NCBI GenBank assembly: GCA_029258755.1
Contig: JAPDKC010000010.1
Span: 12,534-76,533 of the forward strand
Length of the DNA: 64,000 bases
DNA from: an archaeon
GTDB lineage: Archaea > Iainarchaeota > Iainarchaeia > Iainarchaeales > DTGL01
Reading direction: 5' to 3'
Shown here: in pieces, positions 47,696 through 56,364 of the stretch
How positions within the stretch are numbered: position 1 is the stretch's first letter
How the letters are laid out: each line of letters starts with the position of its first letter
Program-made: the position numbers and the translations under genes
The notes under the pieces: generated by a model
Told to the model about the DNA's origin: nothing
The model's input: only the letters and a program-made list of their open reading frames with translations
Database searches by the model: none

Positions 47696-48979
47696 TTGCA
47701 GGTGTTACTCTTGCGGCAGTTTGATTGTGATCTGCATATTCACGGCTTATATTCCGGCGGCACAAGCAACAATATGGTCGTGCCAACGCTAAGCAAACAG
47801 GCTAAGCTTAAAGGCTTGCATGTTTTGGTTAGTGGCGACATATTGCACAAAGATTGGCTTGAGCATCTAAGGAAACATTTAGTTGAAGAAGACGGTTGTT
47901 TTAAGGAAGAAGAAAATAATGTTTACTTTATTCTTGGTGGAGAAATCAACGACATTAATAATGTGCATCATATATTCTTTCTCCCAGATTTTAATAGCGC
48001 CTATGAGCTTAGAGAAAAACTGCAGAAATTTGCCAAGCTAGATGGTCAAGGATTTGGAAGGCCAACGCTCAACACAAATGCGGAAAACATCGCTCAGCTT
48101 GTAATAGATTCTGGTGGCATTATAGGCCCAGCGCATGCTTTCACACCATATTATTCTGTTTTTTCCCATTTCAATTCAATAAAGGATTGTTATGGCAGCA
48201 TGGCTGAAGAAATACATTTTATTGAGCTTGGTCTTAGTGCAGACTCATATTTTGCAGATCTCATAGAAGAAAACCAAGAAAGAGCTTTTCTAACATGCAG
48301 CGATGCACATTCCCCTTGGCCATATCGCTTGGGTAGAGAGTTTACAAGAATAGAGATGAAAAAACCCTGCTTTAGCGAGCTGAAAAAAGTTTTGGAGCAT
48401 GAAAAAGAAAGAATAAAGCTTAATGTTGGCCTAGATCCAAGGGAAGGAAAATACCATTGCACAGCTTGCAACAGGTGCTATACAAAGTACTCAGTAGAAA
48501 GCGCAATAAAATTGAATTGGCGCTGCCCAAGATGCAAAGGAACTATAAAAAAAGGTGTTCGCGACCGCATTCTCGAGCTTGCAAAATTTCATTCAGAAAT
48601 TCATCCTGAGTTTAGGCCAGAATATTTGCATATAATTCCTTTGGCTGAAATAATTAAGCTTGCTTTAGGGGTTGAAAATATAAATTCACAAGCGGTACAA
48701 AGCACATGGCAGGAACTTGTTAGTGTTTTTGGTTCAGAAATAGCTGTGCTTGTAGATGTTCCTATTGTAGAGATTGCTGACATAAACGAACTTGTTGCTA
48801 AGAAGATAGAATCGTTTAGAAAGAAAAGAGTTCTTTACATAGCAGGTGGGGGCGGTAAATATGGCGAGCCAATTATATGCGACTCTGAAGAGGAGTTTGA
48901 GCTAAAGAAACTAGAGCTAAAAGACGTTTTAGAATGTAGAAGTTCTTTTAAAGGCCAGAAAACCCTTAATGAGTTTTAG
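47696..48979 (+). CDS. PHP-domain endonuclease Q family (TIGR00375-like)
   Basis: DLHIH, VHH, PAHAFTP, ELGLSAD, SDAHSP, GREF, GKYH.TAC..C, CP.C..IKKGV.DR; C-terminal QKTLNEF. Confidence 0.9.
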   Translation: MQVLLLRQFDCDLHIHGLYSGGTSNNMVVPTLSKQAKLKGLHVLVSGDILHKDWLEHLRKHLVEEDGCFKEEENNVYFILGGEINDINNVHHIFFLPDFNSAYELREKLQKFAKLDGQGFGRPTLNTNAENIAQLVIDSGGIIGPAHAFTPYYSVFSHFNSIKDCYGSMAEEIHFIELGLSADSYFADLIEENQERAFLTCSDAHSPWPYRLGREFTRIEMKKPCFSELKKVLEHEKERIKLNVGLDPREGKYHCTACNRCYTKYSVESAIKLNWRCPRCKGTIKKGVRDRILELAKFHSEIHPEFRPEYLHIIPLAEIIKLALGVENINSQAVQSTWQELVSVFGSEIAVLVDVPIVEIADINELVAKKIESFRKKRVLYIAGGGGKYGEPIICDSEEEFELKKLELKDVLECRSSFKGQKTLNEF

Positions 48980-49768
48980 CTAGCGCACATAGGTAAGCTT
49001 TTCTTCAACCTTTGGAACTTCTTCTCTTTTTGCTGAAAGTTCTGCCAGTATCTGCTTGAATGCTTTATCTATATTGCGTGCTTCCTTGGCTATTGCTTGC
49101 ATATTTATCTTAAACCCGTAGCGCTTTACTAGAATCTCTAAAACCTTCTTTGCCGCTCCATGGTCGCCATATATTAGCTTATCGCTTGTTTCGCCCATCA
49201 AGCATGCTCCCTTAAGCCCGTGCCTTTTACCTATGCCCAGAATTAAGCCTGCTGCACCAGAGATTAAGCCACCTTGCATGCTTGCCTTTGCACCTAAAGC
49301 CCGGAATTCTTCCAGAATTTTTTTATGTGTTGCAGCAACTACCACTCGAGGCGAGCGATGCAATCTTGCTTCGCCAATGTTTATGCCTGCAAGCGTGTAT
49401 ATTTCCTTAACGCCGAGCGCCTTTACTGTTTTCACTACAGTTTCCGCAAATTCATAATGGTCACGTAAACTCGAGAAACGCACATCCAAAGCTGGTTGTA
49501 CAGGTCCTGCTAAGAACAAGAAGTCCCTGTTGTTGAATCTATAGAGAAGAATCTCATCCTTTATAAGCTCTAAAACCCCCTTCTCAATATACACGCTTGG
49601 CGGAAAAGAGTCTGAGTAAACATTAGCGATCTTTTCAGCTTTAAATTGCTTGAGCATGTAATCAACGGCTATCTTGCCAACAAGACCAATACCAGGCAAA
49701 CCCGTAAAGAGAATCGGCTTTTTTAGGCGCTTCTTCCTTTTCCATACAAACTCCACGGTTGTGTTCAT
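48980..49768 (-). CDS. PAC2-family proteasome assembly chaperone
   Basis: GLPGIGLVGK, FPP, I.GAAGL, CLMGET, D..AA; C-terminal HbYX-like YVR. Confidence 0.9.
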   Translation of the reverse strand: MNTTVEFVWKRKKRLKKPILFTGLPGIGLVGKIAVDYMLKQFKAEKIANVYSDSFPPSVYIEKGVLELIKDEILLYRFNNRDFLFLAGPVQPALDVRFSSLRDHYEFAETVVKTVKALGVKEIYTLAGINIGEARLHRSPRVVVAATHKKILEEFRALGAKASMQGGLISGAAGLILGIGKRHGLKGACLMGETSDKLIYGDHGAAKKVLEILVKRYGFKINMQAIAKEARNIDKAFKQILAELSAKREEVPKVEEKLTYVR

Positions 49769-49810
49769 ACGTAGCTAATTTTTGCAGAAAATATTTAAAA
49801 AGCAGTAACG

Positions 49811-50581
49811 TTATTTTACTTCCTCAAAAGATGCTGTGCCTTTAGCTTTTTTTATCTCATCCATCACTTTCTGACAAACAGCATCAAGGTTTCTTTTTGC
49901 AGTTTTGTAATCATAAGCAACACTGCTTACCATGTACTTGCCTCCGCCTGCATACGTTATCTCAACCTCTGCATCTTTGGCTTCTTTAAGCCCTGCTAAA
50001 AGTGCTTTCTTTATTGCAAAAAGTGCTTGCGGCTCGTAGCTCTTTATTTTTATTATACCCCTTACCTTTCTTTTTGGAATTTCTATGCTCTTTTCAAGCA
50101 AAGCAATTAGCGGTTTTACATATTTTTTTGGAATATTTTTGAGTACTTCTTGCCCTTCAAGCACAACATCCTGGAAAGCATCCATTAATGTATCGTATTC
50201 CTGAAGGAGGGGTTCAGCTACTTCCTTCCAAACCTTATTAAAAGACACTTTTTGCTGTTTTGCAAAGACCTCTAGTATCTTCCTTGCCCTTTTTGCCTGC
50301 TCCCATTCTTCTATCTTTGCTCTCTCTTGTTCAGCGGAAAGCTTTGTTAGGGAAAGATCAACTTGGTGCTTCGATGGATCAACATTTATCACTTGTGCGG
50401 CTCTTACCTGATTCGGCCTAACATAATTTCTGATATTTTTTACCCAACGTGAGGCAACCTGAGATATGTGAATAAAACCCTGCAAGCCATCATATTCTAA
50501 TAACTCAGCAAATGCACCATAGTTTAGTACCTTGTTAATTCTGATAACAACGATTTCCCCTTTTTCAGGCCATTTTTGCAA
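49811..50581 (-). CDS. eif2a: Translation initiation factor aIF-2 alpha
   Basis: WPEKGEIV, YGAF.EL.EY..GFIHISQVA..WVKNIR, VDLSL. Confidence 0.95.
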   Translation of the reverse strand: MQKWPEKGEIVVIRINKVLNYGAFAELLEYDGLQGFIHISQVASRWVKNIRNYVRPNQVRAAQVINVDPSKHQVDLSLTKLSAEQERAKIEEWEQAKRARKILEVFAKQQKVSFNKVWKEVAEPLLQEYDTLMDAFQDVVLEGQEVLKNIPKKYVKPLIALLEKSIEIPKRKVRGIIKIKSYEPQALFAIKKALLAGLKEAKDAEVEITYAGGGKYMVSSVAYDYKTAKRNLDAVCQKVMDEIKKAKGTASFEEVK

Positions 50582-50597
50582 GCAAACACCTCGCTAA

Positions 50598-50798
50598 CTA
50601 ATTGTACTCCCTAAGCTTCTTTGCATTCTTAAGCTTTATTTTGTGCCCTGTAGTTTCTGCTAGCTCTGCATTGCAAACTAAGCACTTTATTTTTGTGGAC
50701 GCGCAGGAAAAAACTATCTGCTCATTTCCGCAAGCATTGCACTTTATACGATAGAATTTATTCTTTGGCTTAGCTATTAATTCTTCGCGCGAAACCAT
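50598..50798 (-). CDS. rps27e: 30S ribosomal protein S27e
   Basis: KFYRIKCNACGNEQIVFS..CLVC..L..TG. Confidence 0.95.
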   Translation of the reverse strand: MVSREELIAKPKNKFYRIKCNACGNEQIVFSCASTKIKCLVCNAELAETTGHKIKLKNAKKLREYN

Positions 50799-50813
50799 GG
50801 TATCACCTTTAAG

Positions 50814-51356
50814 CTATTGTTGTAAAGCAAGCTTTCTGGCTATTAGAAGTTCAGCGGTTTTTGAAGGCAACTTTACAATCTGCCCTTTTTTAAATGGTCC
50901 GTACTCTTTTAAATCTGTGCCTACAAAAGCAGGCACATCCTGAATAATTTGAACAGAAACCATATTTAAATCCTTTTGTTTTTCTTCAGCTTCTGGTAGC
51001 GCAAACAACGCATCTATTTCTTTTTTGTATGACTGGAATGTCTTTGTTAAAGCTTCGTAAAGCTTTTTTTCCTGATCGCATAAGTTTGTTACGTCTGGCT
51101 CAGCGCCAAACGATGCCTGCAAGGCTTTATTTACAATCTTCTTTTCCCTTATTTGTATTATCTCTCTTGCCATCCGCTCTATATTCGATACATCTTGAGC
51201 TTTTTCTAAAGCACCTGTTTTTAATGATTCCAAATACTGCTTCCGCTTTTCAGCAATGAATGCCTTCAGCTGAAGGAAAAAATCCTCGCTTATGTTGGCT
51301 AGTTGTGAAGAATTTTTTTCTTGCCTGTGAATCTGCCTTAGCTCATCAAAATCCAT
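50814..51356 (-). CDS. GINS subunit (Gins15/Gins51)
   Basis: EK....L....DF, R.KKI, C-terminal VPAFVGTDLKEYGPF..G. Confidence 0.88.
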   Translation of the reverse strand: MDFDELRQIHRQEKNSSQLANISEDFFLQLKAFIAEKRKQYLESLKTGALEKAQDVSNIERMAREIIQIREKKIVNKALQASFGAEPDVTNLCDQEKKLYEALTKTFQSYKKEIDALFALPEAEEKQKDLNMVSVQIIQDVPAFVGTDLKEYGPFKKGQIVKLPSKTAELLIARKLALQQ

Positions 51357-51357
51357 A

Positions 51358-52578
51358 TTACTCACATAAGCTTGCTAAGCCCTTCCCAATCAAGTAAATT
51401 GCTGCATACTCAGGCAGCACTGCTTCTTCATTTTCATAAGGGCCGAAGCTTTGATTGCCTAACCTAAATCTTGGTGCTTTATTAATAAAAACCTTTATTT
51501 GTCTGTCTCCAAAGGCCAAAGCATGCTCCAAAGGCCTGAAATCAGCTAGCGCTTGCAAAGAAACAATTTTTGCAATAAGCCCTGTGCTACCATGCAAGCT
51601 ATTTGGAACGCGGATTATTTTGTACTTATCTATAGAGGTCTGCCTATCAATCTTTATAGATTCTTTTTGTTTTGCGTACTCAAGTAGGTTTCGCCAAAAC
51701 TTTAAACTTGTTGCTCTAGAGCTAGCAATAGGTGGCAAGCGACCTTCATCTATCTTAGCAATAATTTTTTTCTTATTCTCATAAACTTCTCTTGCTTTGC
51801 TAAGCTTTATACCCCCGTAAAGCGCTATTTGATCAGGATTTGCTCTTAAGAGAAACTCTTTAAGGGTTTTTAGAATTCTGCTTAAAGGTGCCTTAACCTG
51901 CTTAGATTTTTCAAAAATAGGCACCGCTTGCGAAAAATCGATTGCAAGCTCAAAGTCAAAACCTGCAAGCGTTAGATAATCAATAAGTTCTGCTCTAGCG
52001 TTTTCGCTCAGAGTTCTTATGCGCTCACTCCTTATGTGCAAATGATAGCCAGCGTTTCCGGAAAAGTTTATGCTTATATCCTCTAAAATGCCGAGCTCCT
52101 CATCTAATACTTTTATTAATCTATTGAGCTGTTTTTTCGTTTCTGCAAGGCAGTTTTCGCATATGAACTGATATTGTTCTGTGTCGCTGCCGCAGCTTGC
52201 ACATTTTTTGGCAGTGCCTTTTCCATAGCTTTTGCAATTCTTGCAATACCAAAAATCATGCTTTTCCCTGCAATCAAGCTCAAGCTCATCGGCATCAAAT
52301 TCATAAATTAGGTCAGCACCTAAAAACGACTTTTTTTCCATAGGCCTTGCGCTAGGATCTTTATAGTATGCAGCAGAGTAAGAGATATAGAGCGGTGCTT
52401 CGCTTTTCAAAAATCTATTAAGCTCAGCTGTGCTGCTAAAGCTCATGTGCCTTTTAACAATCTTTTTACCCCAATCACCTATGCCAAATTCCCTGCTTTC
52501 GATAGAAGGTACGCTAGCAATGCGGTGCTTAGCGTAGTATTCCTTAAATTTTCTCCTTATAAACTCTTGCTCATTCAC
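51358..52578 (-). CDS. priS: DNA primase small subunit PriS
   Basis: REFG, RH, Y.S.AYY..P, LIYEFDAD, FSGNAGYH, IDRQTS.D..KIIRVPNSLHG. Confidence 0.95.
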   Translation of the reverse strand: MNEQEFIRRKFKEYYAKHRIASVPSIESREFGIGDWGKKIVKRHMSFSSTAELNRFLKSEAPLYISYSAAYYKDPSARPMEKKSFLGADLIYEFDADELELDCREKHDFWYCKNCKSYGKGTAKKCASCGSDTEQYQFICENCLAETKKQLNRLIKVLDEELGILEDISINFSGNAGYHLHIRSERIRTLSENARAELIDYLTLAGFDFELAIDFSQAVPIFEKSKQVKAPLSRILKTLKEFLLRANPDQIALYGGIKLSKAREVYENKKKIIAKIDEGRLPPIASSRATSLKFWRNLLEYAKQKESIKIDRQTSIDKYKIIRVPNSLHGSTGLIAKIVSLQALADFRPLEHALAFGDRQIKVFINKAPRFRLGNQSFGPYENEEAVLPEYAAIYLIGKGLASLCE

Positions 52579-53578
52579 GCTTTTTCACCCTGCTTTGGGA
52601 TTTTGTAAGCTGCCTTCTATAGTACTGTATAGGATTTCGTACATTACAGTTAGCTATACAAAGCCCATAGCTTTTCATCTTTTTGCAGGACGCAGGCGCA
52701 TAGTTCTTTCCAGATTTTGCATGAACAATTCTGGCTACCTGATAGCGAGTTATCTTTTCGTTATAATTTGGTGCATGTGTAAATGCTTCAATGATTTTTT
52801 CCTCAGGCACATTTATTGCATTGAGGAATGTCGCTAACACAAACCTTGCCATATGAGGAATGTTTTTGCCTGCTAGCAACTCTGAATATATTTTCTCTAT
52901 GCACGGTGGCAAATAAGCTAAATTTGCTTTTATGCGCAGAGTTTTTTTGGCAAAACTTGTTGCTTGCGTCAAGGTTTCAAAAGCGAGTTCTTTTAGCTTT
53001 TTAGGCAAGCCCTCAGTATTGACCGGCATATTTTCCTTTGCGACCTGCGCTGCAAAGCCAGCAACAAATTTTCTGAAGCGATTCTCATTTAGAAAAACTT
53101 GCCCTTTAGAAACGCTTTGATTTACAAGTTTTAGCGTATTTTCTTTTGCCTCGCACTTTAAAAAATCCAGGATTGGCACAGCCAACATGCCATTGGAATC
53201 TATCCTGAAGGAAATACCAAGATCTGCTGCAAGCTTATCCCAATCCTCAAAACTACTCATATGGTTTAGAGAGGTTTTGTAGATAGCGTCCGAGAAGTAT
53301 TCGTAGTATTTAATATTATCCAGAAAGGAAAGCATTATTCTTACAAGAGGATATGCAAGAACCTCTACCAAAAGATCGTCTTGGTAAGGGGTAAGAAAAG
53401 TAGGATATGGCTCGCGTTTTAATATTGCTAAAAGCTTATTTCTTGCATTATCCATGAGCTTTGAGTTTGCAACAACACTGTTCATATCTGGGTTTAGGGT
53501 TTTTACAATCCGCTTGGCTGTATTAGAAAAAGGATACCTGGCAGCAAAGCTTAGCTCCTCTATAGGAAAATCCGCCAT
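52571..53578 (-). CDS. priL: DNA primase large subunit PriL
   Basis: ARYPF, LPPCI, H.ARF.LATFL, PNY.EKITRYQV, Y...SC..M...GLC..C..RNP..YY. Confidence 0.93.
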   Translation of the reverse strand: MADFPIEELSFAARYPFSNTAKRIVKTLNPDMNSVVANSKLMDNARNKLLAILKREPYPTFLTPYQDDLLVEVLAYPLVRIMLSFLDNIKYYEYFSDAIYKTSLNHMSSFEDWDKLAADLGISFRIDSNGMLAVPILDFLKCEAKENTLKLVNQSVSKGQVFLNENRFRKFVAGFAAQVAKENMPVNTEGLPKKLKELAFETLTQATSFAKKTLRIKANLAYLPPCIEKIYSELLAGKNIPHMARFVLATFLNAINVPEEKIIEAFTHAPNYNEKITRYQVARIVHAKSGKNYAPASCKKMKSYGLCIANCNVRNPIQYYRRQLTKSQSRVKKRE

Positions 53579-53644
53579 AAAGAAGTTTGTTAGCGTTCTA
53601 ATTTTAAACTCTTTGAGAGGAGAGTTCCGGTTTTATACACCTTC

Positions 53645-54061
53645 CTACAACAGGCGAAGTTCAGCCAACAGCTCCTTTGTGCTAAAAACCTTAACAGCAG
53701 ACTGCTGTTTGAACCCTTTATCATTACTCCAAATAGGGATATGTTTAGCTAGAGCTAATGCAAGGAACGGCCAATCTTTTTCGTCTGTCAGCATTTCTAA
53801 TGCCTGCTTTTTAAAGTTTACATATTCTTGGGCTGAAACAATAGTAACTTGTGAAAATATTATCGCAAGTGCAAGCCCAAATTCTTTCTCAGATTTGCCC
53901 ATGCGCCTGGCAAATTCGGAGGAGTATTTTTCAATTTCTTCTAAGCAATGCTCTGGTACATACAATCTGAGCTTCTCAGAAAACAGCAATTGCTGGGTTG
54001 TCGATGGTTTAAGTAAAGCTGCAAGCAGTATGTTGGTGTCTACAACAAGTTCCATTGTCAT
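53645..54061 (-). CDS. PIN-domain (VapC-like) toxin
   Basis: VVDTNIL, EE, DEKDWPFLALA, WSNDKGF. Confidence 0.9.
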   Translation of the reverse strand: MTMELVVDTNILLAALLKPSTTQQLLFSEKLRLYVPEHCLEEIEKYSSEFARRMGKSEKEFGLALAIIFSQVTIVSAQEYVNFKKQALEMLTDEKDWPFLALALAKHIPIWSNDKGFKQQSAVKVFSTKELLAELRLL

Positions 54062-54294
54062 TCCTTCTTCTCGTGCGCTTTTACAATTCCCTTCTTAATT
54101 TTTTTACCAAGTTCTTCTATGTCTTTCTTTGTTAACTTACTATCTTTTGTGAGAGCTTCCAATAATTTCAGTTTGTTGATCTTTTCAACGAATGCTTCTC
54201 TCGCAACCGCGCTCCAATTAATGATTTTAAATTTCTCCATCTCCTTTTTCAGCTCATCTGGGACAGAAAGTGTTATCGTAGCCATAATCACCAC
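54058..54294 (-). CDS. RHH-type antitoxin (VapB-like)
   Basis: TITLSVPDELKKEM....INWSAVAREA; overlaps toxin start (ATGA). Confidence 0.85.
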   Translation of the reverse strand: MVIMATITLSVPDELKKEMEKFKIINWSAVAREAFVEKINKLKLLEALTKDSKLTKKDIEELGKKIKKGIVKAHEKKE

Positions 54295-54302
54295 TCCGTT
54301 CT

Positions 54303-54341
54303 AATATTTAAATTATGTGCAAATATTTAAAGTAATTACTT
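54303..54341. promoter_or_regulatory. Putative TA promoter/operator
   Basis: AATATTTAAA twice (54303, 54322) and perfect palindrome AAGTAATTACTT (54330-54341) upstream of the antitoxin. Confidence 0.45.
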
Positions 54342-54420
54342 ACATTTAGCGGTGCGTTACACTGGCTTTTTAGTCCAAAGTCGAAAGTTATAGAAAAATT
54401 ATGTTTTTAGAAAAATCAGT

Positions 54421-55143
54421 TCATAATATCATATGGGCTAGGTGAAACTGTATCTTTGCAGGGCCTATGTTGTAAGTTATTCTCATAGGCGCTTCGCTTT
54501 TAAGCTCAAGCAAGATGCGCTCGCCTGGCTCTGCCTCTTTTACAATATTCTCCAGAAAGTTGAGCGAATATTTGCTTACAACATTGTCCTTTGCTTTTAT
54601 CTTTACAAGCTCGCTCTGGCTGGCTTCTGTTTTAAGGGTTCCTTCCGAGCCTCTTGCCTCTATAAAGAGTTTTGAACCCTCGATCCTAAAAACAACGCTG
54701 CTTCCAAACAGAGAAGCATCCTTTAAGGCCTCTTGCAATACGCGTGCCTCTATTTCTATGTTAGCATCGTAATCCTGCTCAGGGATCTCTGGCTCTTCCT
54801 CAAGAACATCGATTAGCGGAAGCATAAAGTTTCTGGTTAAGCTTCCTCTAAGTGTTATTCTTAAAAACGAGTCCTCGAGCTCCATCTCAAGCTGATCGTT
54901 GCTCGATGCCCTTCTTATAACCTTATTGAGCTCATCTATGTCAAGGCCTATAAGATTCGGCTCTATATCGAATTCATCGAAGAAGTCGTTAGCGGCATGG
55001 TAATTTACAAGCACTATTTGGCTTGGATCTATTGCACGGAAGAAAAGCCCTTTTTCATTGAAGCGAAAGTTTCCTTCTGAAATAAAATTAGAGATCGCAC
55101 GAATAGCGCTCTGAAACGGCGCGATTCTACTTATCTTGATCAT
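54421..55143 (-). CDS. pcn: PCNA sliding clamp, divergent paralog
   Basis: AIDPSQIVLV, IGLDIDEL.KV..RA, F.LPLID, ALKDA, KYSL.FL, APMRI.Y; ends FHLAHMIL. Confidence 0.9.
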   Translation of the reverse strand: MIKISRIAPFQSAIRAISNFISEGNFRFNEKGLFFRAIDPSQIVLVNYHAANDFFDEFDIEPNLIGLDIDELNKVIRRASSNDQLEMELEDSFLRITLRGSLTRNFMLPLIDVLEEEPEIPEQDYDANIEIEARVLQEALKDASLFGSSVVFRIEGSKLFIEARGSEGTLKTEASQSELVKIKAKDNVVSKYSLNFLENIVKEAEPGERILLELKSEAPMRITYNIGPAKIQFHLAHMIL

Positions 55144-55209
55144 GAACCCACCTGAAAAGCTAATTAAATTAAATGCGGATAAGGATTTAAATTGTTTGCT
55201 CGCAAGCAG

Positions 55210-55956
55210 CTATTCTGCCTCTATTCTTGGAGCTAAATAATAAGTGACGCGAGCTTCGCCAATATTAAAATCTATCTTTACTGGAGCATCTGTGCGTAAA
55301 TGTAAAGCGATAATATCATCGCTTGCAGGCGTTTTTAGCATATCCTTAAGGTAGTCCAGCGGAAACATTGCTTTGCATTCATTTTTTACCTCAAACTTCT
55401 TTATCACATCCTCTGTTTTGGGAGTTTCGCTATTAAGAGTGCCTTTGCTGCTGTTAGCTTTTACATAAAATACTTCTTTAGTACAGCCAAGGATAACATG
55501 CCCAGAAATCAGCTCAGCATCCTTTAAAGCTTCTTGAAGAACTGATGCTTCCAAAGCAATATCTGCTTCAAACTCAATCTTTGGATTCGGAATTTGCCCT
55601 TTTGAAACATCAATTAAAGGGATTGAAAAGCTCCTTGTAGATTTGCCCCTAAAGCTTATGGTAAGCGCTGTTTTTTCCGGATTTAGCTCTAAATGCAAAG
55701 CATCTTTGCTTTTGGCTCTTGCCATTATCTGCCTAAAATAATCCACATCTATTCCCAATGTAACTTCCTCAGAGACCTCAAATTCTTTGAAAGCCTTTTT
55801 TGGCATCTCAAAATCAACCATGGCTATTTGACTTGGATCTGTTGCTTTTAAAGTAAGACCGTTTTCATTAACTATAAATTCTGCCTCATCTATTAGTGCT
55901 GCTATTGCTTCTATGCTCTTTCTGAAAAGGGTTGCATCTTCAAAAGTAAGTTTCAT
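55210..55956 (-). CDS. pcn: PCNA sliding clamp, canonical
   Basis: LIDEA.F, ATDPSQIAMVD, FSIPLID, F.LDYL, DAPVKI, YYLAPRIE. Confidence 0.95.
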   Translation of the reverse strand: MKLTFEDATLFRKSIEAIAALIDEAEFIVNENGLTLKATDPSQIAMVDFEMPKKAFKEFEVSEEVTLGIDVDYFRQIMARAKSKDALHLELNPEKTALTISFRGKSTRSFSIPLIDVSKGQIPNPKIEFEADIALEASVLQEALKDAELISGHVILGCTKEVFYVKANSSKGTLNSETPKTEDVIKKFEVKNECKAMFPLDYLKDMLKTPASDDIIALHLRTDAPVKIDFNIGEARVTYYLAPRIEAE

Positions 55957-56309
55957 GACCCATCACCAGTTAAGCTTGACCACAATTCTTTCACCTTCCT
56001 GAATAGATTAGCATCAAAATCTTTTAATTCTTGTGCAAGTTCAAACTGTAAGGTTAATGGCTTCAAATTTATTGGCTTAGCGAAAATCCTAAATATCTTG
56101 CCTTCCTTGAAGCCTCTCATCTCAGCGGTGCTATTAAATCTAATTATAGCTTCTCCTGTGCTGTCAGCAACCACTGCTGTTTTTTCAGCCCTGTTAACGG
56201 AAATTACGCTTACAACTATAGCTACTCTTGTCTCATTTCCTTTTATCTCTTTAATAAATCGCTCCTTTGCAGGAACCCTCTTCGGCTGCGTTTCCTCAAA
56301 CTCTTCCAT
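55953..56309 (-). CDS. Single OB-fold protein, RPA14-like
   Basis: R.PA.E..I.EI, RVAIV..V, VVADSTG, FD..L..KV.EL; translationally coupled to pcn. Confidence 0.7.
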   Translation of the reverse strand: MEEFEETQPKRVPAKERFIKEIKGNETRVAIVVSVISVNRAEKTAVVADSTGEAIIRFNSTAEMRGFKEGKIFRIFAKPINLKPLTLQFELAQELKDFDANLFRKVKELWSSLTGDGS

Positions 56310-56364
56310 AAAGAATAAGAGGGAAAAGCTGTTTTTAAAAGGGAATGTAAGCAGATTGGATGAG

